64,000 nt of DNA from Candidatus Methylomirabilota bacterium (lineage in GTDB: Bacteria > Methylomirabilota > Methylomirabilia > Rokubacteriales > CSP1-6), in the NCBI GenBank assembly GCA_036506275.1, contig DASXSB010000030.1:46683-110682 (forward strand). The letters are read 5' to 3'. The stretch's first letter is position 1; each line of letters begins with the position of its first letter. The notes beneath the pieces were generated by a model that saw only the letters and a program-made list of their open reading frames with translations, ran no database searches and was not told the DNA's origin. Positions 38,543 through 48,148 of the stretch are shown here, one piece after another. The translations under genes were made by a program, and so were the position numbers.

Positions 38543-39288
38543 TGGTCGGCGTCGTTTTCGCGTTCGGCCTCGTCATCGGCAGCTTCTTGAACGTCGTCAT
38601 CGCGCGCTTGCCCGCGCGCCGGAGCCTGTGGGCGCCGCGGTCGGCGTGTCTCGGGTGTGGAACTCCCATCGCGTGGCACGACAACATTCCGGTCCTGTCC
38701 TTCGTCGCTCTCCGCGGTCGCTGTCGCGCGTGCGGGGTCGCGATCTCCGCGCGCTATCCGATCGTGGAGCTGGGCACGGCGATCCTCTGGAGTCTCGCGT
38801 ATCGCGAATTCGGCCTCACCCCCGAGCTGGCGGTGGCGCTCCTCCTGCTGTCCGCACTCATCGTCATCACCGCCATCGATCTCGATCACCAGATCATTCC
38901 GGACGCGATCACGCTCCCCGGCATCGTGACAGGATTCGTTGCCAATCTGGCGACCGGACGCGTGCCATGGCTGGATTCGCTCCTCGGCATCCTCGTCGGT
39001 GGCGGCATCTTTTTGATCATCATCATTGCCAGCGGCGGCGGGATGGGCGGCGGAGACATGAAGCTCGGCGCGATGCTGGGCGGTTTTTTGGGCTGGAAAG
39101 TCCTGCTCTTGTCGGTGTTCGCGTCGGTGCTGCTCGGAGGCGCGCTCGCCATCGGCCTCCTCGCGGCCGGGCGCCGGGGTCGTAAAGACCCCATCCCGTT
39201 TGGTCCCTTCCTTGCACTTGGCGGCGCCGTCGGCCTCTTCTGGGGCGACCGCCTGCTGCATTGGTACCTGGCGTCATTTCAACCATGA
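38536..39288 (+). CDS. pilD: Prepilin peptidase / N-methyltransferase PilD (A24 family)
   Basis: The N-terminal tetracysteine CLGCGTPIAW...CRACG is present. The catalytic Asp region IDLDHQIIPD is present. The protein is polytopic. Confidence 0.9.
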   Translation: MVMVGVVFAFGLVIGSFLNVVIARLPARRSLWAPRSACLGCGTPIAWHDNIPVLSFVALRGRCRACGVAISARYPIVELGTAILWSLAYREFGLTPELAVALLLLSALIVITAIDLDHQIIPDAITLPGIVTGFVANLATGRVPWLDSLLGILVGGGIFLIIIIASGGGMGGGDMKLGAMLGGFLGWKVLLLSVFASVLLGGALAIGLLAAGRRGRKDPIPFGPFLALGGAVGLFWGDRLLHWYLASFQP

Positions 39289-39289
39289 G

Positions 39290-39781
39290 ATGGACATGCC
39301 AATGAACGACGTGACGAGGCGACCCAATCGCGGCCAGCGAGGATTCTCGCTGACCGAGCTCGTTGTCGTGGTGGCCATCATCGGAGTTCTCGCCGTTCTC
39401 GCGACCCCGTTCTTCATCACATACCTCCGCAACGCGGCGGTCCAGGGCGCCGCGGGCGAGGTGGCGACGATCCTGAACCAGGCTCGGCAGCTCGCGATCG
39501 CTCGGAACGGAAGCGTGTGCGTCCGGATCAACGGCGCCACCATGCGCTACGAGCTGAACGCCTGCGGAAGCGCCGTTTACTACCGTGGCCCGGGAACGGA
39601 CAGCAATGGCTACATGCGTCTCACGGACAACGTCAATCTGGCGACGACTGCGGACCCGGTCTTCACGAGTCTCGGCGCAGCGGCGCCGGCGGCAACCTAC
39701 ACCGTGACGCACTCCCAATATCCCACCATCACGACGACCGTCACGGTCTCGGGCTCGGGCCGTGTACGGGTCGGACCGTAG
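39290..39781 (+). CDS. Type IV minor pilin (FimT/GspH-like pseudopilin)
   Basis: Start at M31 of track ORF 39200.., 1 nt after the pilD stop. Prepilin leader ...RGQRG|FSLTELVVVVAIIGVLAVLA. Confidence 0.7.
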   Translation: MDMPMNDVTRRPNRGQRGFSLTELVVVVAIIGVLAVLATPFFITYLRNAAVQGAAGEVATILNQARQLAIARNGSVCVRINGATMRYELNACGSAVYYRGPGTDSNGYMRLTDNVNLATTADPVFTSLGAAAPAATYTVTHSQYPTITTTVTVSGSGRVRVGP

Positions 39782-39794
39782 ACGGCGGTGCTGC

Positions 39795-40223
39795 ATGCGG
39801 GTCGCGGTGAACGAGCGCGGGCTGACGCTCGCGGAGGTGTTGGTGGCGACCGTCATCATCGCGGCGGGCTTTCTCGCCGTCCTCACCGCCTTTCCGCAGG
39901 CGATGACCGGTGTGCAGACGGGCAACGAGGAATCGACGGCGACGTTCCTCGCTCAGCAGAAGCTCGAGTCCTTGCGGGCGGCCGCCGTGAACGATCCCAT
40001 GCTCACGGCGGCGACCTTCAGCAACGGCGTCACCACGGAAGCGTACGGCACCATTCCGAACGCGCAGAAGTACCAGCGCGTCACCGCCATCACGGCCGGC
40101 CCCACCACGACCACCAAGCGCGTTACGGTGACCGTGACGTACCGGCCCTCCGTCGCGACGTCCACGGGCGGGAGCGCCGCCCGCACGGTGACCGTCGCCA
40201 CCGTCCTCTCCACGAGGCGGTGA
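39795..40223 (+). CDS. Type IV minor pilin (PilV/GspI-like)
   Basis: Start at M12 of track ORF 39762... Leader MRVAVNERG|LTLAEVLVATVIIAAGFLAV is followed by a Thr-rich C-terminal part. Confidence 0.65.
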   Translation: MRVAVNERGLTLAEVLVATVIIAAGFLAVLTAFPQAMTGVQTGNEESTATFLAQQKLESLRAAAVNDPMLTAATFSNGVTTEAYGTIPNAQKYQRVTAITAGPTTTTKRVTVTVTYRPSVATSTGGSAARTVTVATVLSTRR

Positions 40224-40307
40224 CGATGGCGCGAATGACGGGAGACGACCGCTCGGCATGCGCGGGGTGGATGGAGCGCGCCGTCGATCTCCCTCTCCCC
40301 GCCCGGG

Positions 40308-41633
40308 GTGCCTGACCGGCCGCGCGTGCGACACATCGAAAACGCGAAACGCGCCTGGAACGAGCGCGGGCTGGCACTGCCGCTGGCGGTGATCTGTCTG
40401 CTCACCGTCACGGGGCTCGTGCTCACGTTTCTCACCGTGAGCGCCATCGAGCCGCAGATCTCGGCGAACCACGCGCGGGGAACCCAGGCGCGCTACGCCG
40501 CCGAGGCCGGCATCGAATGGGGCTTCGACTATCTCGTCCGCACTCCCGACTGGAATGCCGTCCTCGCGGGAGCGACGGGCACCGGCCGGGACATCACGCC
40601 GGGCGCGCCCTGGGCGGGCGCCACCCCGGTGCTCGGGACCTTCACGCTGATCGTCCGCAACGACTGGCGCGCCGCGGATAGCGCCATCACCGGTGTCCCG
40701 CGCGATTCGTCCGGCGCGCCGACGACGGATACGAACAACGTCCTCCTCGTCACCGCCACCGGCAGCTTCCGCGGCGCCATGCAGACGATCACGGCGGCGG
40801 TGAGGAAAGGAGTGCTCCCCACGACCAACGCCGCCCTCGCCTTCCCGGGGTTGGGGGCGGGCGTCGACTTCGCCCACTCCGCCTTCACCATCGACGGGAC
40901 CGACTCCAATCTGGATGCGTCCGCGGGCGCCGCGCGGCCGGTCTACGGGATCTCGGTCGCCGGCGGCGCCACCGGTAATCAGACGCTCGTGCGGGACGCC
41001 GTCGCCGCCAACACGCAGAATCAGGTGCGGGGCCTGAGCGCGACGAGTGCGACGGCGCCGGCGGCCGCGACGGTGGCGAGCGGCGAGAGCGCCATCGCCA
41101 GCGACGGCGCTCTCACGTCATCGCAGATTCTCGAGTTCGTGGACGCCGTCAAGGCTCAGGCCGATGTCACGATCGACGTCAGCAACGGGACGCGCGCCAC
41201 CGTGGCGGGAGCGGGAGGGAGTTGCGCGGACGTCGGTTCCCGCACCTGCTGGGGAACGCTCGACTACCCGAAGATCGTCTACGTGAAGGGCGGCCTGACC
41301 GGCAGCCCGGGCATCGCCATCACCGGCAACAGCGAGGGCACCGGTGTCCTCATCGTGGACAGCGCGGAGGCGTCGATCGAAGGGCCGTTCCGCTGGAACG
41401 GGCCCATCATTCTCACCGGCCACAACGTGTCGCTTCGGTATGGCGGCTCCGGCAGCGGCGACATCTTCGGCGCCGTCATCATCAACGAACTGGCGACGAC
41501 CACGACGTCGGTGCAGCTCGGGAGCGACGCCGCCCGTCCCGCCGCCATTCGGTACAGTCGGCAGGCCCTCGACCTCGTCGACCGTGGCCTCAGCCGTCGT
41601 TTCGTTCACCTCTATAGCTGGCGGGAGCACTAG
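40308..41633 (+). CDS. PilX-like type IV pilus minor pilin / tip-associated protein (long form, ~440 aa)
   Basis: PilX_N-like N-terminus ERGLALPLAVICLLTVTGLVLTFLTVSAIEPQIS. The remainder is a Gly/Thr/Ala-rich beta-rich domain. The start is uncertain; a GTG (VRHIENAK) is possible. Confidence 0.6.
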   Translation: MPDRPRVRHIENAKRAWNERGLALPLAVICLLTVTGLVLTFLTVSAIEPQISANHARGTQARYAAEAGIEWGFDYLVRTPDWNAVLAGATGTGRDITPGAPWAGATPVLGTFTLIVRNDWRAADSAITGVPRDSSGAPTTDTNNVLLVTATGSFRGAMQTITAAVRKGVLPTTNAALAFPGLGAGVDFAHSAFTIDGTDSNLDASAGAARPVYGISVAGGATGNQTLVRDAVAANTQNQVRGLSATSATAPAAATVASGESAIASDGALTSSQILEFVDAVKAQADVTIDVSNGTRATVAGAGGSCADVGSRTCWGTLDYPKIVYVKGGLTGSPGIAITGNSEGTGVLIVDSAEASIEGPFRWNGPIILTGHNVSLRYGGSGSGDIFGAVIINELATTTTSVQLGSDAARPAAIRYSRQALDLVDRGLSRRFVHLYSWREH

Positions 41634-41750
41634 CGTGACGTGGGCGGGGACGTGTGGCGGCGTTTCTCCGGTGAGAGAACAGCGACGGACGACACAGAAA
41701 CGTAGGTCGCTGGAGAACGGTCACCTATACTGAACCAAGAGTGAGAATAC

Positions 41751-42809
41751 ATGTTTAAGTTGCCCTTCTTGCGTAAAGCGGCGGATGTCTTCGGCCTCGA
41801 TATCGGCTCCAGCGCCATCAAGGTCGTGCAGCTCGACGGGTCGGGCAAGTCCTACCGCCTCTCCGCGCTCGGCATCACCTCGCTCGGCCCCGACGTCATC
41901 ACCGAGGGCGCCATCAAGGATCCGGGCGCGGTCGTGGACGCGATCAAGGACGCGGTGGCCAAGGCCGGCATCAAGACGACCGACGCCGCCATCGCAATCG
42001 CCGGACGCGAGCTGATCATCAAGAAGGTTCAGATCCCGGAGGTCCCGGAAAAGGAGCTGCGGGGCGCCATCCAGCTGGAGGCGGAGCACCACATCCCGTT
42101 CTCGATCGACGAGGTCTTCCTCGACTACCAGGTCGTCGGGCACCACGATCGCGTCCTCGATCTGATCCTGGTCGCGGTGAAGAAGTCGAAGGTCATCGAG
42201 TACGTGGGAGTGGTGGAAGAGGCGGGCCTCAATCCGGTCATCGTCGACGTCGACGGCTTCGCCCTCGGCAACCAGTTCGAGCTCAACCATCCCGGCGAGG
42301 ACGGAGAGGCGGTCGCCCTCATCGATATCGGCGCCTCCATCATGAAGACCAACGTGGTGCGGGGAGCGGCGACCATCTTTGCGCGCGACATCCCGTTCGG
42401 TGGTCATCGCTACACGGAGGCGATCGCCGAGCACCTCCGGATTTCCCGCGACCGCGCGGAGGAAGCCAAGCTCGGCCGCGCTCCCGACATCGCCTGGGAC
42501 ACGCTCGCGCCCGCCCTGGAAGCGGTATCGCGAGAGCTCTCGCTCGAGGTGCAGCGGACGTTCGACTACTTCGCGTCCACCGCCGAGTCGGAGCGCATCG
42601 CCAAGATCGTCCTCGCCGGCGGCTGCGCGCAGCTTCCCGGTCTCGACGACTACCTCTCCTCGAGTTGGGGAATCCCCGTCGAGCTCGCTCGGCCCTTCGA
42701 GCGCGTCGACGTCTCGCGCGAGTACGCGGATGCCGTGGCGGCGGCCGGCCCCGCCCTCGCGGTGGCGGCAGGTCTCGGACTCCGCCGGCCAGGAGACAAG
42801 GACGCATGA
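41751..42809 (+). CDS. pilM: Type IV pilus assembly protein PilM (actin-like ATPase fold)
   Basis: FGLDIGSSAIKVVQL ... the typical PilM/FtsA-like fold markers. Confidence 0.9.
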   Translation: MFKLPFLRKAADVFGLDIGSSAIKVVQLDGSGKSYRLSALGITSLGPDVITEGAIKDPGAVVDAIKDAVAKAGIKTTDAAIAIAGRELIIKKVQIPEVPEKELRGAIQLEAEHHIPFSIDEVFLDYQVVGHHDRVLDLILVAVKKSKVIEYVGVVEEAGLNPVIVDVDGFALGNQFELNHPGEDGEAVALIDIGASIMKTNVVRGAATIFARDIPFGGHRYTEAIAEHLRISRDRAEEAKLGRAPDIAWDTLAPALEAVSRELSLEVQRTFDYFASTAESERIAKIVLAGGCAQLPGLDDYLSSSWGIPVELARPFERVDVSREYADAVAAAGPALAVAAGLGLRRPGDKDA

Positions 42810-43363
42810 TCAGGATCAACCTCGCGCCCGCACCCGAACGCCGACGGGGGGCCGGGTTCCGGATCTCGGTACCGAGCTTCAACCTCGGCATGCTGTTCTT
42901 GGTCGTGTACGCGGTGGCCTTCCTCGGCATCGGCGCCTACTGGAAGATCCTCTCCAGCGCCGAGAGCCGCTTGACCGCCAGCATCCACGACGGCCAGCGC
43001 GAGCTCGACACCCTCAAGCTCAAGATCGGCAAGCTCGGGAAGGTGAAGGAGCTGCACGCCGAGCTCCAGAAGCGGGTCGCGGCCATCGAGACGCTCACGA
43101 AGGATCAGACGCGGCCCATCCTCCTCGTGGACGCATTCGCCGACATGATCCCCCGCGATCTGTGGATCACCGGTATCGAGGAGCGCTCCTCGTCCCTCAA
43201 GGTCACGGGCACCGCCTTCTCCACGACGGCCGTGGCCGACCTCATGTCGAACCTCCGCGCCTCGGGGAGGTTCAAGGAGGTCGATATCGTGGTCTCGCGC
43301 CAGGACCTCACCAAGACCCCGCGCCTGGTGACCTTCGAGGTCACCTGCCGGTTCGAGATCTGA
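42806..43363 (+). CDS. pilN: Type IV pilus assembly protein PilN
   Basis: Start at M48 of track ORF 42665.. (MIRINLAP...), overlapping the pilM stop (ATGA). It has one TM and a coiled coil. Confidence 0.85.
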   Translation: MIRINLAPAPERRRGAGFRISVPSFNLGMLFLVVYAVAFLGIGAYWKILSSAESRLTASIHDGQRELDTLKLKIGKLGKVKELHAELQKRVAAIETLTKDQTRPILLVDAFADMIPRDLWITGIEERSSSLKVTGTAFSTTAVADLMSNLRASGRFKEVDIVVSRQDLTKTPRLVTFEVTCRFEI

Positions 43364-43364
43364 G

Positions 43365-43982
43365 ATGGAATCGCTGAAGACGGCGTTCGCTCCGATTCTG
43401 AACGCGCCGAAGCCGCACAAGATCGCGATCGGCGTGATGGTGCTCGTGCTCGTGGGCGGCCTCACGTACTACTTCCTCCTGTCCCCGCTCCAGCAGCGAG
43501 TGGCCGAGCTGGAGACGCAGAACGAGCAGGTGCAACGCGAGGTGGCCCAGCATCGGGCGATGGTGGCCGACCTCGAGCGTTATCGCCGCGAGGCCGCCGA
43601 GCTCGAGAAGCGTCTGGCCATCCTCCAGGAGAAGCTGCCCACCGAAAAGGAGATGCCGCCGCTCTACCGCACCATGTCGGACGCGGCGTTCGAGTCGGGC
43701 CTGGCGGTGTCGCTCTTCCAGCCGCGTGAGGCCAAGGTCCGCGACTACTACAACGAGATCCCGATCAGCATCGTCGCCGAGGGCGGCTATCACGAGCTCG
43801 GTGAGTTCCTCGAGAAGGTGGGCAGGCTGCCGCGGGTGGTGACGGTGGGCGACATGAAGCTCAGCGGCCTCACGAGGCAGAAGAATCCGATGAAGGCCGA
43901 GGTGACGTTCGCTACCTACACCTACCGCCCGGTTGGTTCGCCGCCGGCGCCGAAGCCCGGCGCCGCGCCAGGAGCCAAGTGA
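43365..43982 (+). CDS. pilO: Type IV pilus assembly protein PilO
   Basis: One TM (IAIGVMVLVLVGGL) is present. A coiled coil follows. The position after pilN supports the call. Confidence 0.85.
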   Translation: MESLKTAFAPILNAPKPHKIAIGVMVLVLVGGLTYYFLLSPLQQRVAELETQNEQVQREVAQHRAMVADLERYRREAAELEKRLAILQEKLPTEKEMPPLYRTMSDAAFESGLAVSLFQPREAKVRDYYNEIPISIVAEGGYHELGEFLEKVGRLPRVVTVGDMKLSGLTRQKNPMKAEVTFATYTYRPVGSPPAPKPGAAPGAK

Positions 43983-44443
43983 TGACGGTCTCGCGCTCTC
44001 TGTTTTGGTCGCTCGGGCTGGTGACTACGCTGACCGCCTGCAGCGGCGGCCCTTCGGGGCCGGAGCTGACAGTGGCCCCCAAGCCGGCCGCACCCGGTCA
44101 ACCGGTGGCGGCCGTCGTCACGCCGCCGCCGGCGATGCCCGAAGGCTCCCGCGTCGGCTACGACCGTAAAGGCCGGCGAGACCCATTCGAGGTGCTGGAG
44201 GTCCGGCAAGGCGCCAAGGGAGTGACGGTGTCTTCCGCCAAGCTCACCGGCATCGTGCGCGGCGATGGTTCGCCGCTGGCACTCGTGGAGACGCCGGAGG
44301 GACTCGGCTACATCCTCAAAACGGGCGACACCCTGGGCGACGGACGACTTCTCGAGATCGGGCAGGACACCGTGGTGTTCGGCGTTGTGCCGACGCCAGG
44401 TGAAGCCGCTAACCGCGTGATCTTAAAACTGGCGACCAACTAA
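43979..44443 (+). CDS. pilP: Type IV pilus assembly lipoprotein PilP
   Basis: Lipobox LTAC. The C-terminal pilot-like beta domain is present. The start overlaps the pilO stop. Confidence 0.8.
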   Translation: MMTVSRSLFWSLGLVTTLTACSGGPSGPELTVAPKPAAPGQPVAAVVTPPPAMPEGSRVGYDRKGRRDPFEVLEVRQGAKGVTVSSAKLTGIVRGDGSPLALVETPEGLGYILKTGDTLGDGRLLEIGQDTVVFGVVPTPGEAANRVILKLATN

Positions 44444-44445
44444 TC

Positions 44446-46860
44446 ATGAGTCATTCACGGAGAGGTATGCGGACGACAGTGCGGCGGCTGGCGTTGATTC
44501 TCCTGATGCCGGTAGCGGCGTCGGCGGCAGAGACGCGGACCGAGAGCAGCGTTGTCCGGCTCACGGACGTGAGTGTCGTCTCCCAGCCGGGAGGCACGGC
44601 GGTCCACATCAAGACCGAAGGCGCCGTGAAGTACCGGGCGGAGATGATCGACTCCCCGAACCGGCTCGTCATCGACTTCGAGGACACGAAGTACAGCTGG
44701 CGGAAGACGCCGCTCACGGTGAGCGCGCCGCCCGTCAAGCAGATCCGCGGCAGCCAGTATCAGAGCGGGATCGCCCGCGTGGTCGTGGAGCTGTCACAGA
44801 AGTCCGGCTATTCCGTGCGCGAGGATCCGGACGGCCTCACCGTGATCCTTCCCTCCGCCGCGCCCGCGCCGCGAGGGGCCGATGCCAGGACGCCCGCGGC
44901 AGAGCCGAAAACGGCGGCGGCGGCGCCGAAGAGCGCGGCGGCAACGGAGGCGAAGGCGCCCGCAATCGGCGAAGGCGCGGCCGCGGTCGCGACACCGGGA
45001 GAGTCGACGGGGACTGCCGGCAAGACCAACCCCCCGAAGCCCGCGAAGACGACGGCTGACGCGAAGCCAGGCGTACGCCTCGCTCAGGCCCCGGCGCCCG
45101 CGCAGGCCCCGACGACGGCGCCGGCGGCGGAGCGGCGTCTGATCTCGCTCGACTTCAAGGACGCCGACGTCGTCAACCTCCTCCGTATCCTCGCCGCCGA
45201 GAGCAGCAAGAACATCGTCATCGGCGAGGACGTCAAGGGCAAGATGTCGATCTCGCTCCGCAACGTCCCGTGGGAGCAAGCCCTCGACACGATCCTCGAA
45301 TCGCGCGGCCTCGTGAAGGTGGAATCGGGCAACGTCATCCGCATCGTGTCGTCCGAACAGCTCACGAAGGAGCGCGAGGCCCGGGCGCGCGTGGAGGAGG
45401 CCAAGGTCAAGGCGGAGGCCGACGTCCGCGCGAAAGTCGCGGAGGCGGCGCTGAAGGAGGCGGAGGCGCTCACCAAGAAGCTGGTCGCCGACGCTGCCGC
45501 CAAGGAGGCGGAGGCGCGCGGGCCGCTGAGGGAAGAGACCATCCGCCTGTCGTACGCCGATCCCGACATCGTCGCCGAAACCCTGCAGGGAATCCTCGGG
45601 ATCCCGAAGGAAGGACAGAAGATCCAGGGACCCGGCATCATCGGCGGCCCCCCGAATCCCGAGCTCCAGCCGTACGGCGCACCGCCCGGGACCCAGACGG
45701 TCACCATGCCGCCCGTCTCCGTCTCGCAGGACGTGCTCGCCAAGGGCCTCACCATTCGCGCGCACAAGCCGACGAACACGATCTTCCTGCGCCTGTACGA
45801 AGCGGACCTCGAGCGCATCAAGAAGCTGGTCCGCGAGTCGCTCGACATCCCGCTGCCGCAAGTCAAGATCGAAGCGCGGATGGAGATCCTCGACCGCAAC
45901 GCGCTCGAGCAGATCGGTGTCCAGTGGGGCGGCCTCGTCAGCGGCACGGCGGCGACGACTTCTCTCGTCGGTCAGGGCATGCAGACGACCACCGCGGGTG
46001 GCCAGACCGTCCCGTTCCTGCCCGGCTTCATCCAGGGCACGAACCAGATCATCGACATGGTCCCGGTTCTCGGCGGCATGGGCCTCAACGGGCGACAGAC
46101 CGTCCTCGCTCAGCCAAGCGTGATTCCGCCCGCGATCCCGCCCGCCACCGGCGGTCTTCCCGTCAGCTTCCAGACCGGGCTCCCGCTCGGCGGCAACCTC
46201 GTGAACCTGCCCATCAGCGCCCTCCCGAACGCCGGACCGCTTCCGGCGGCGGGGCTCTCGTTCGGGATCATCGGCACGAAGTTCAACATCAACCTCGCGC
46301 TGCAGGCACTCGCCGAGCAGGGAAAGACGCGCACGCTGGCCCGGCCCGAGATCGTCACCGTGGAGAACAACAAGGCCACGATGTCGCTCGGCGAAGAGAT
46401 TCCCTACGCGACGATCAGCTCGGCGGGCACGCAGATCCAGTTCAAGGAGGCGCTGCTCAAGCTCGAGGTGACGCCGACGGTCATCCAGGAAGGCTCCGAC
46501 ATCAAGATCAAGATGCTGGTCGTCGTCGAGAACAACTCCCGCGGTACCGTGGTGAACCTCGGCTCCGCCGGTCAGCCGCCGGCCATCAACCGCCGGAAGG
46601 CGGAGACCCAGGTCCTCATCAAGGAGGGCGACCGCCTCATCATCGGCGGCGTGACGACGGCAGTGAACCAGAATACGGTCCGGAAGGTCCCGATCCTCGG
46701 CGACATGCCGCTGCTGGGGCTCCTCTTCCGGCAGAAGGAAAACTTCGAGAGCGGTCGCGAGCTGGTCGTGTTCCTGACGCCGAGCGTCCTGCGCTCCGTG
46801 CTCGCCGCGCCCGCGCCGCCTCCGGCGCCCCCCGCCCCGCCCGCGCCCCCCGCGCGGTAA
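44446..46860 (+). CDS. pilQ: Type IV pilus secretin PilQ with N-terminal AMIN domain
   Basis: A signal peptide is present. The AMIN-like region reads VSQPGGTAVHIKTEGAVKYRAEMIDSPNRLVIDFEDT. The secretin C-domain includes the GDMPLLGLLFR motif. A Pro/Ala-rich C-terminal tail is present. Confidence 0.9.
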   Translation: MSHSRRGMRTTVRRLALILLMPVAASAAETRTESSVVRLTDVSVVSQPGGTAVHIKTEGAVKYRAEMIDSPNRLVIDFEDTKYSWRKTPLTVSAPPVKQIRGSQYQSGIARVVVELSQKSGYSVREDPDGLTVILPSAAPAPRGADARTPAAEPKTAAAAPKSAAATEAKAPAIGEGAAAVATPGESTGTAGKTNPPKPAKTTADAKPGVRLAQAPAPAQAPTTAPAAERRLISLDFKDADVVNLLRILAAESSKNIVIGEDVKGKMSISLRNVPWEQALDTILESRGLVKVESGNVIRIVSSEQLTKEREARARVEEAKVKAEADVRAKVAEAALKEAEALTKKLVADAAAKEAEARGPLREETIRLSYADPDIVAETLQGILGIPKEGQKIQGPGIIGGPPNPELQPYGAPPGTQTVTMPPVSVSQDVLAKGLTIRAHKPTNTIFLRLYEADLERIKKLVRESLDIPLPQVKIEARMEILDRNALEQIGVQWGGLVSGTAATTSLVGQGMQTTTAGGQTVPFLPGFIQGTNQIIDMVPVLGGMGLNGRQTVLAQPSVIPPAIPPATGGLPVSFQTGLPLGGNLVNLPISALPNAGPLPAAGLSFGIIGTKFNINLALQALAEQGKTRTLARPEIVTVENNKATMSLGEEIPYATISSAGTQIQFKEALLKLEVTPTVIQEGSDIKIKMLVVVENNSRGTVVNLGSAGQPPAINRRKAETQVLIKEGDRLIIGGVTTAVNQNTVRKVPILGDMPLLGLLFRQKENFESGRELVVFLTPSVLRSVLAAPAPPPAPPAPPAPPAR

Positions 46861-46885
46861 GGCGAAAAGCGCGCGTTCCCCGGCC

Positions 46886-46916
46886 CCACGCCCTGCGGCG
46901 CCGCCGCAGGGCGTGG
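46886..46916 (+). terminator. Perfect 15-bp inverted repeat hairpin after pilQ (possible terminator/attenuator; no U-tract)
   Basis: CCACGCCCTGCGGCG / CGCCGCAGGGCGTGG. Confidence 0.4.
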
Positions 46917-46941
46917 TAAGCTTGGCGCTCCGAGAGACACC

Positions 46942-48114
46942 ATGCCTGCCACACTCCGCTTTCTCACCGCCGGTGAGTCCCACGGAGAGGCCCTGACCAC
47001 GGTCATCGACGGGATGCCGGCCGGCCTCCCGTTGACCGAGGCCGACATTAATATAGACCTCGCCCGGCGCCAGCGCGGCTACGGCCGCGGGGGCCGCATG
47101 AAGATCGAGCGCGACCAGGTGCACATCACGGCCGGAGTCCGCGGCGGTATCACCCTCGGGAGCCCCATCACCCTCACCATCGCCAACCGTGACTGGGAGA
47201 ACTGGAAGGCGACGATGGCGGTGGGGGCGCCCGACGACGCGGCCGCGCTGAAACAGGTCACGCGGCCGCGGCCCGGCCACGCCGACCTCGCAGGGGCCAT
47301 GAAGTACGGCCACCGGGACATCCGCAACGTCCTCGAGCGCTCGAGCGCCCGCGAGACCACGGCGCGGGTGGCGGTGGCGGGTGTGGCCAAGCGGCTGCTC
47401 GCCGAGTTCGGGATCACGATCCTGAGCCACGTCACGGAGATCGGCGGGGTGCGGGTGGGCGACGTCGAGATGGCGTGGGACGACGTCACCCGGCGCGCCG
47501 AGGCCTCCGAGGTGCGCTGCGCGGACCCGGAGGCGGAGGCGGCCATCATCGCCGCCATCGACGACGCCAAGGCCAAGGGCGACACGCTGGGCGGCGTCTT
47601 CGAAGTCGTGGCGCTTGGCTGTCCGGTCGGCCTCGGCTCCTACGTGCAGTGGGACCGGCGGCTCGACGGCCGCATCGCCCAGGCCCTCTGCTCCATCCAG
47701 GCCATCAAGGGCTGCGAGTTCGGGATGGGCTTCGAGACGGCGCGGCGTCCTGGCTCGGGCGTCCACGACGAGATCTTGTTCGACGCCGCCGCCGGATTCG
47801 GACGCTCGAGCAACAACGCGGGTGGTCTCGAAGGTGGGGTCACCAATGGACAGCCGGTGGTGGTCCGTGCCGCCATGAAGCCGCTCTCCACCCTCCGCAC
47901 GCCGCTCCGGTCGGTGGACGTGGCCACCAAGCAAGCGGTGGAGGCGGTGGTGGAGCGCAGCGATGTGTGCGCCGTTCCCGCCGCCGGCATCGTGGGAGAG
48001 GCGATGGTGGCCATCGTCCTCGCTGACGCCTTCCTGGAGAAGTTCGGTGGCGACAGCCTCGACGAGATCCGCCGCAACCACGGCGCCTACCTGGACAGCC
48101 TGAAGCAGTGGTAG
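46942..48114 (+). CDS. aroC: Chorismate synthase
   Basis: N-terminal [25 protein letters not shown]. Full-length conservation throughout. Confidence 0.9.
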   Translation: MPATLRFLTAGESHGEALTTVIDGMPAGLPLTEADINIDLARRQRGYGRGGRMKIERDQVHITAGVRGGITLGSPITLTIANRDWENWKATMAVGAPDDAAALKQVTRPRPGHADLAGAMKYGHRDIRNVLERSSARETTARVAVAGVAKRLLAEFGITILSHVTEIGGVRVGDVEMAWDDVTRRAEASEVRCADPEAEAAIIAAIDDAKAKGDTLGGVFEVVALGCPVGLGSYVQWDRRLDGRIAQALCSIQAIKGCEFGMGFETARRPGSGVHDEILFDAAAGFGRSSNNAGGLEGGVTNGQPVVVRAAMKPLSTLRTPLRSVDVATKQAVEAVVERSDVCAVPAAGIVGEAMVAIVLADAFLEKFGGDSLDEIRRNHGAYLDSLKQW

Positions 48115-48148
48115 GACGCCGCCCGCACGAGCGCGGCGAGGCCTACTG

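Noticed and set aside
44794-48081. 1095-aa minus-strand ORF spanning the antisense of pilQ, aroC and the intergenic hairpin
   Set aside because: It spans two unrelated, strongly supported sense genes. It contains poly-Arg runs (RRRRRGLRGRRG) and has no domain signature. This is an artefact of 70% GC.
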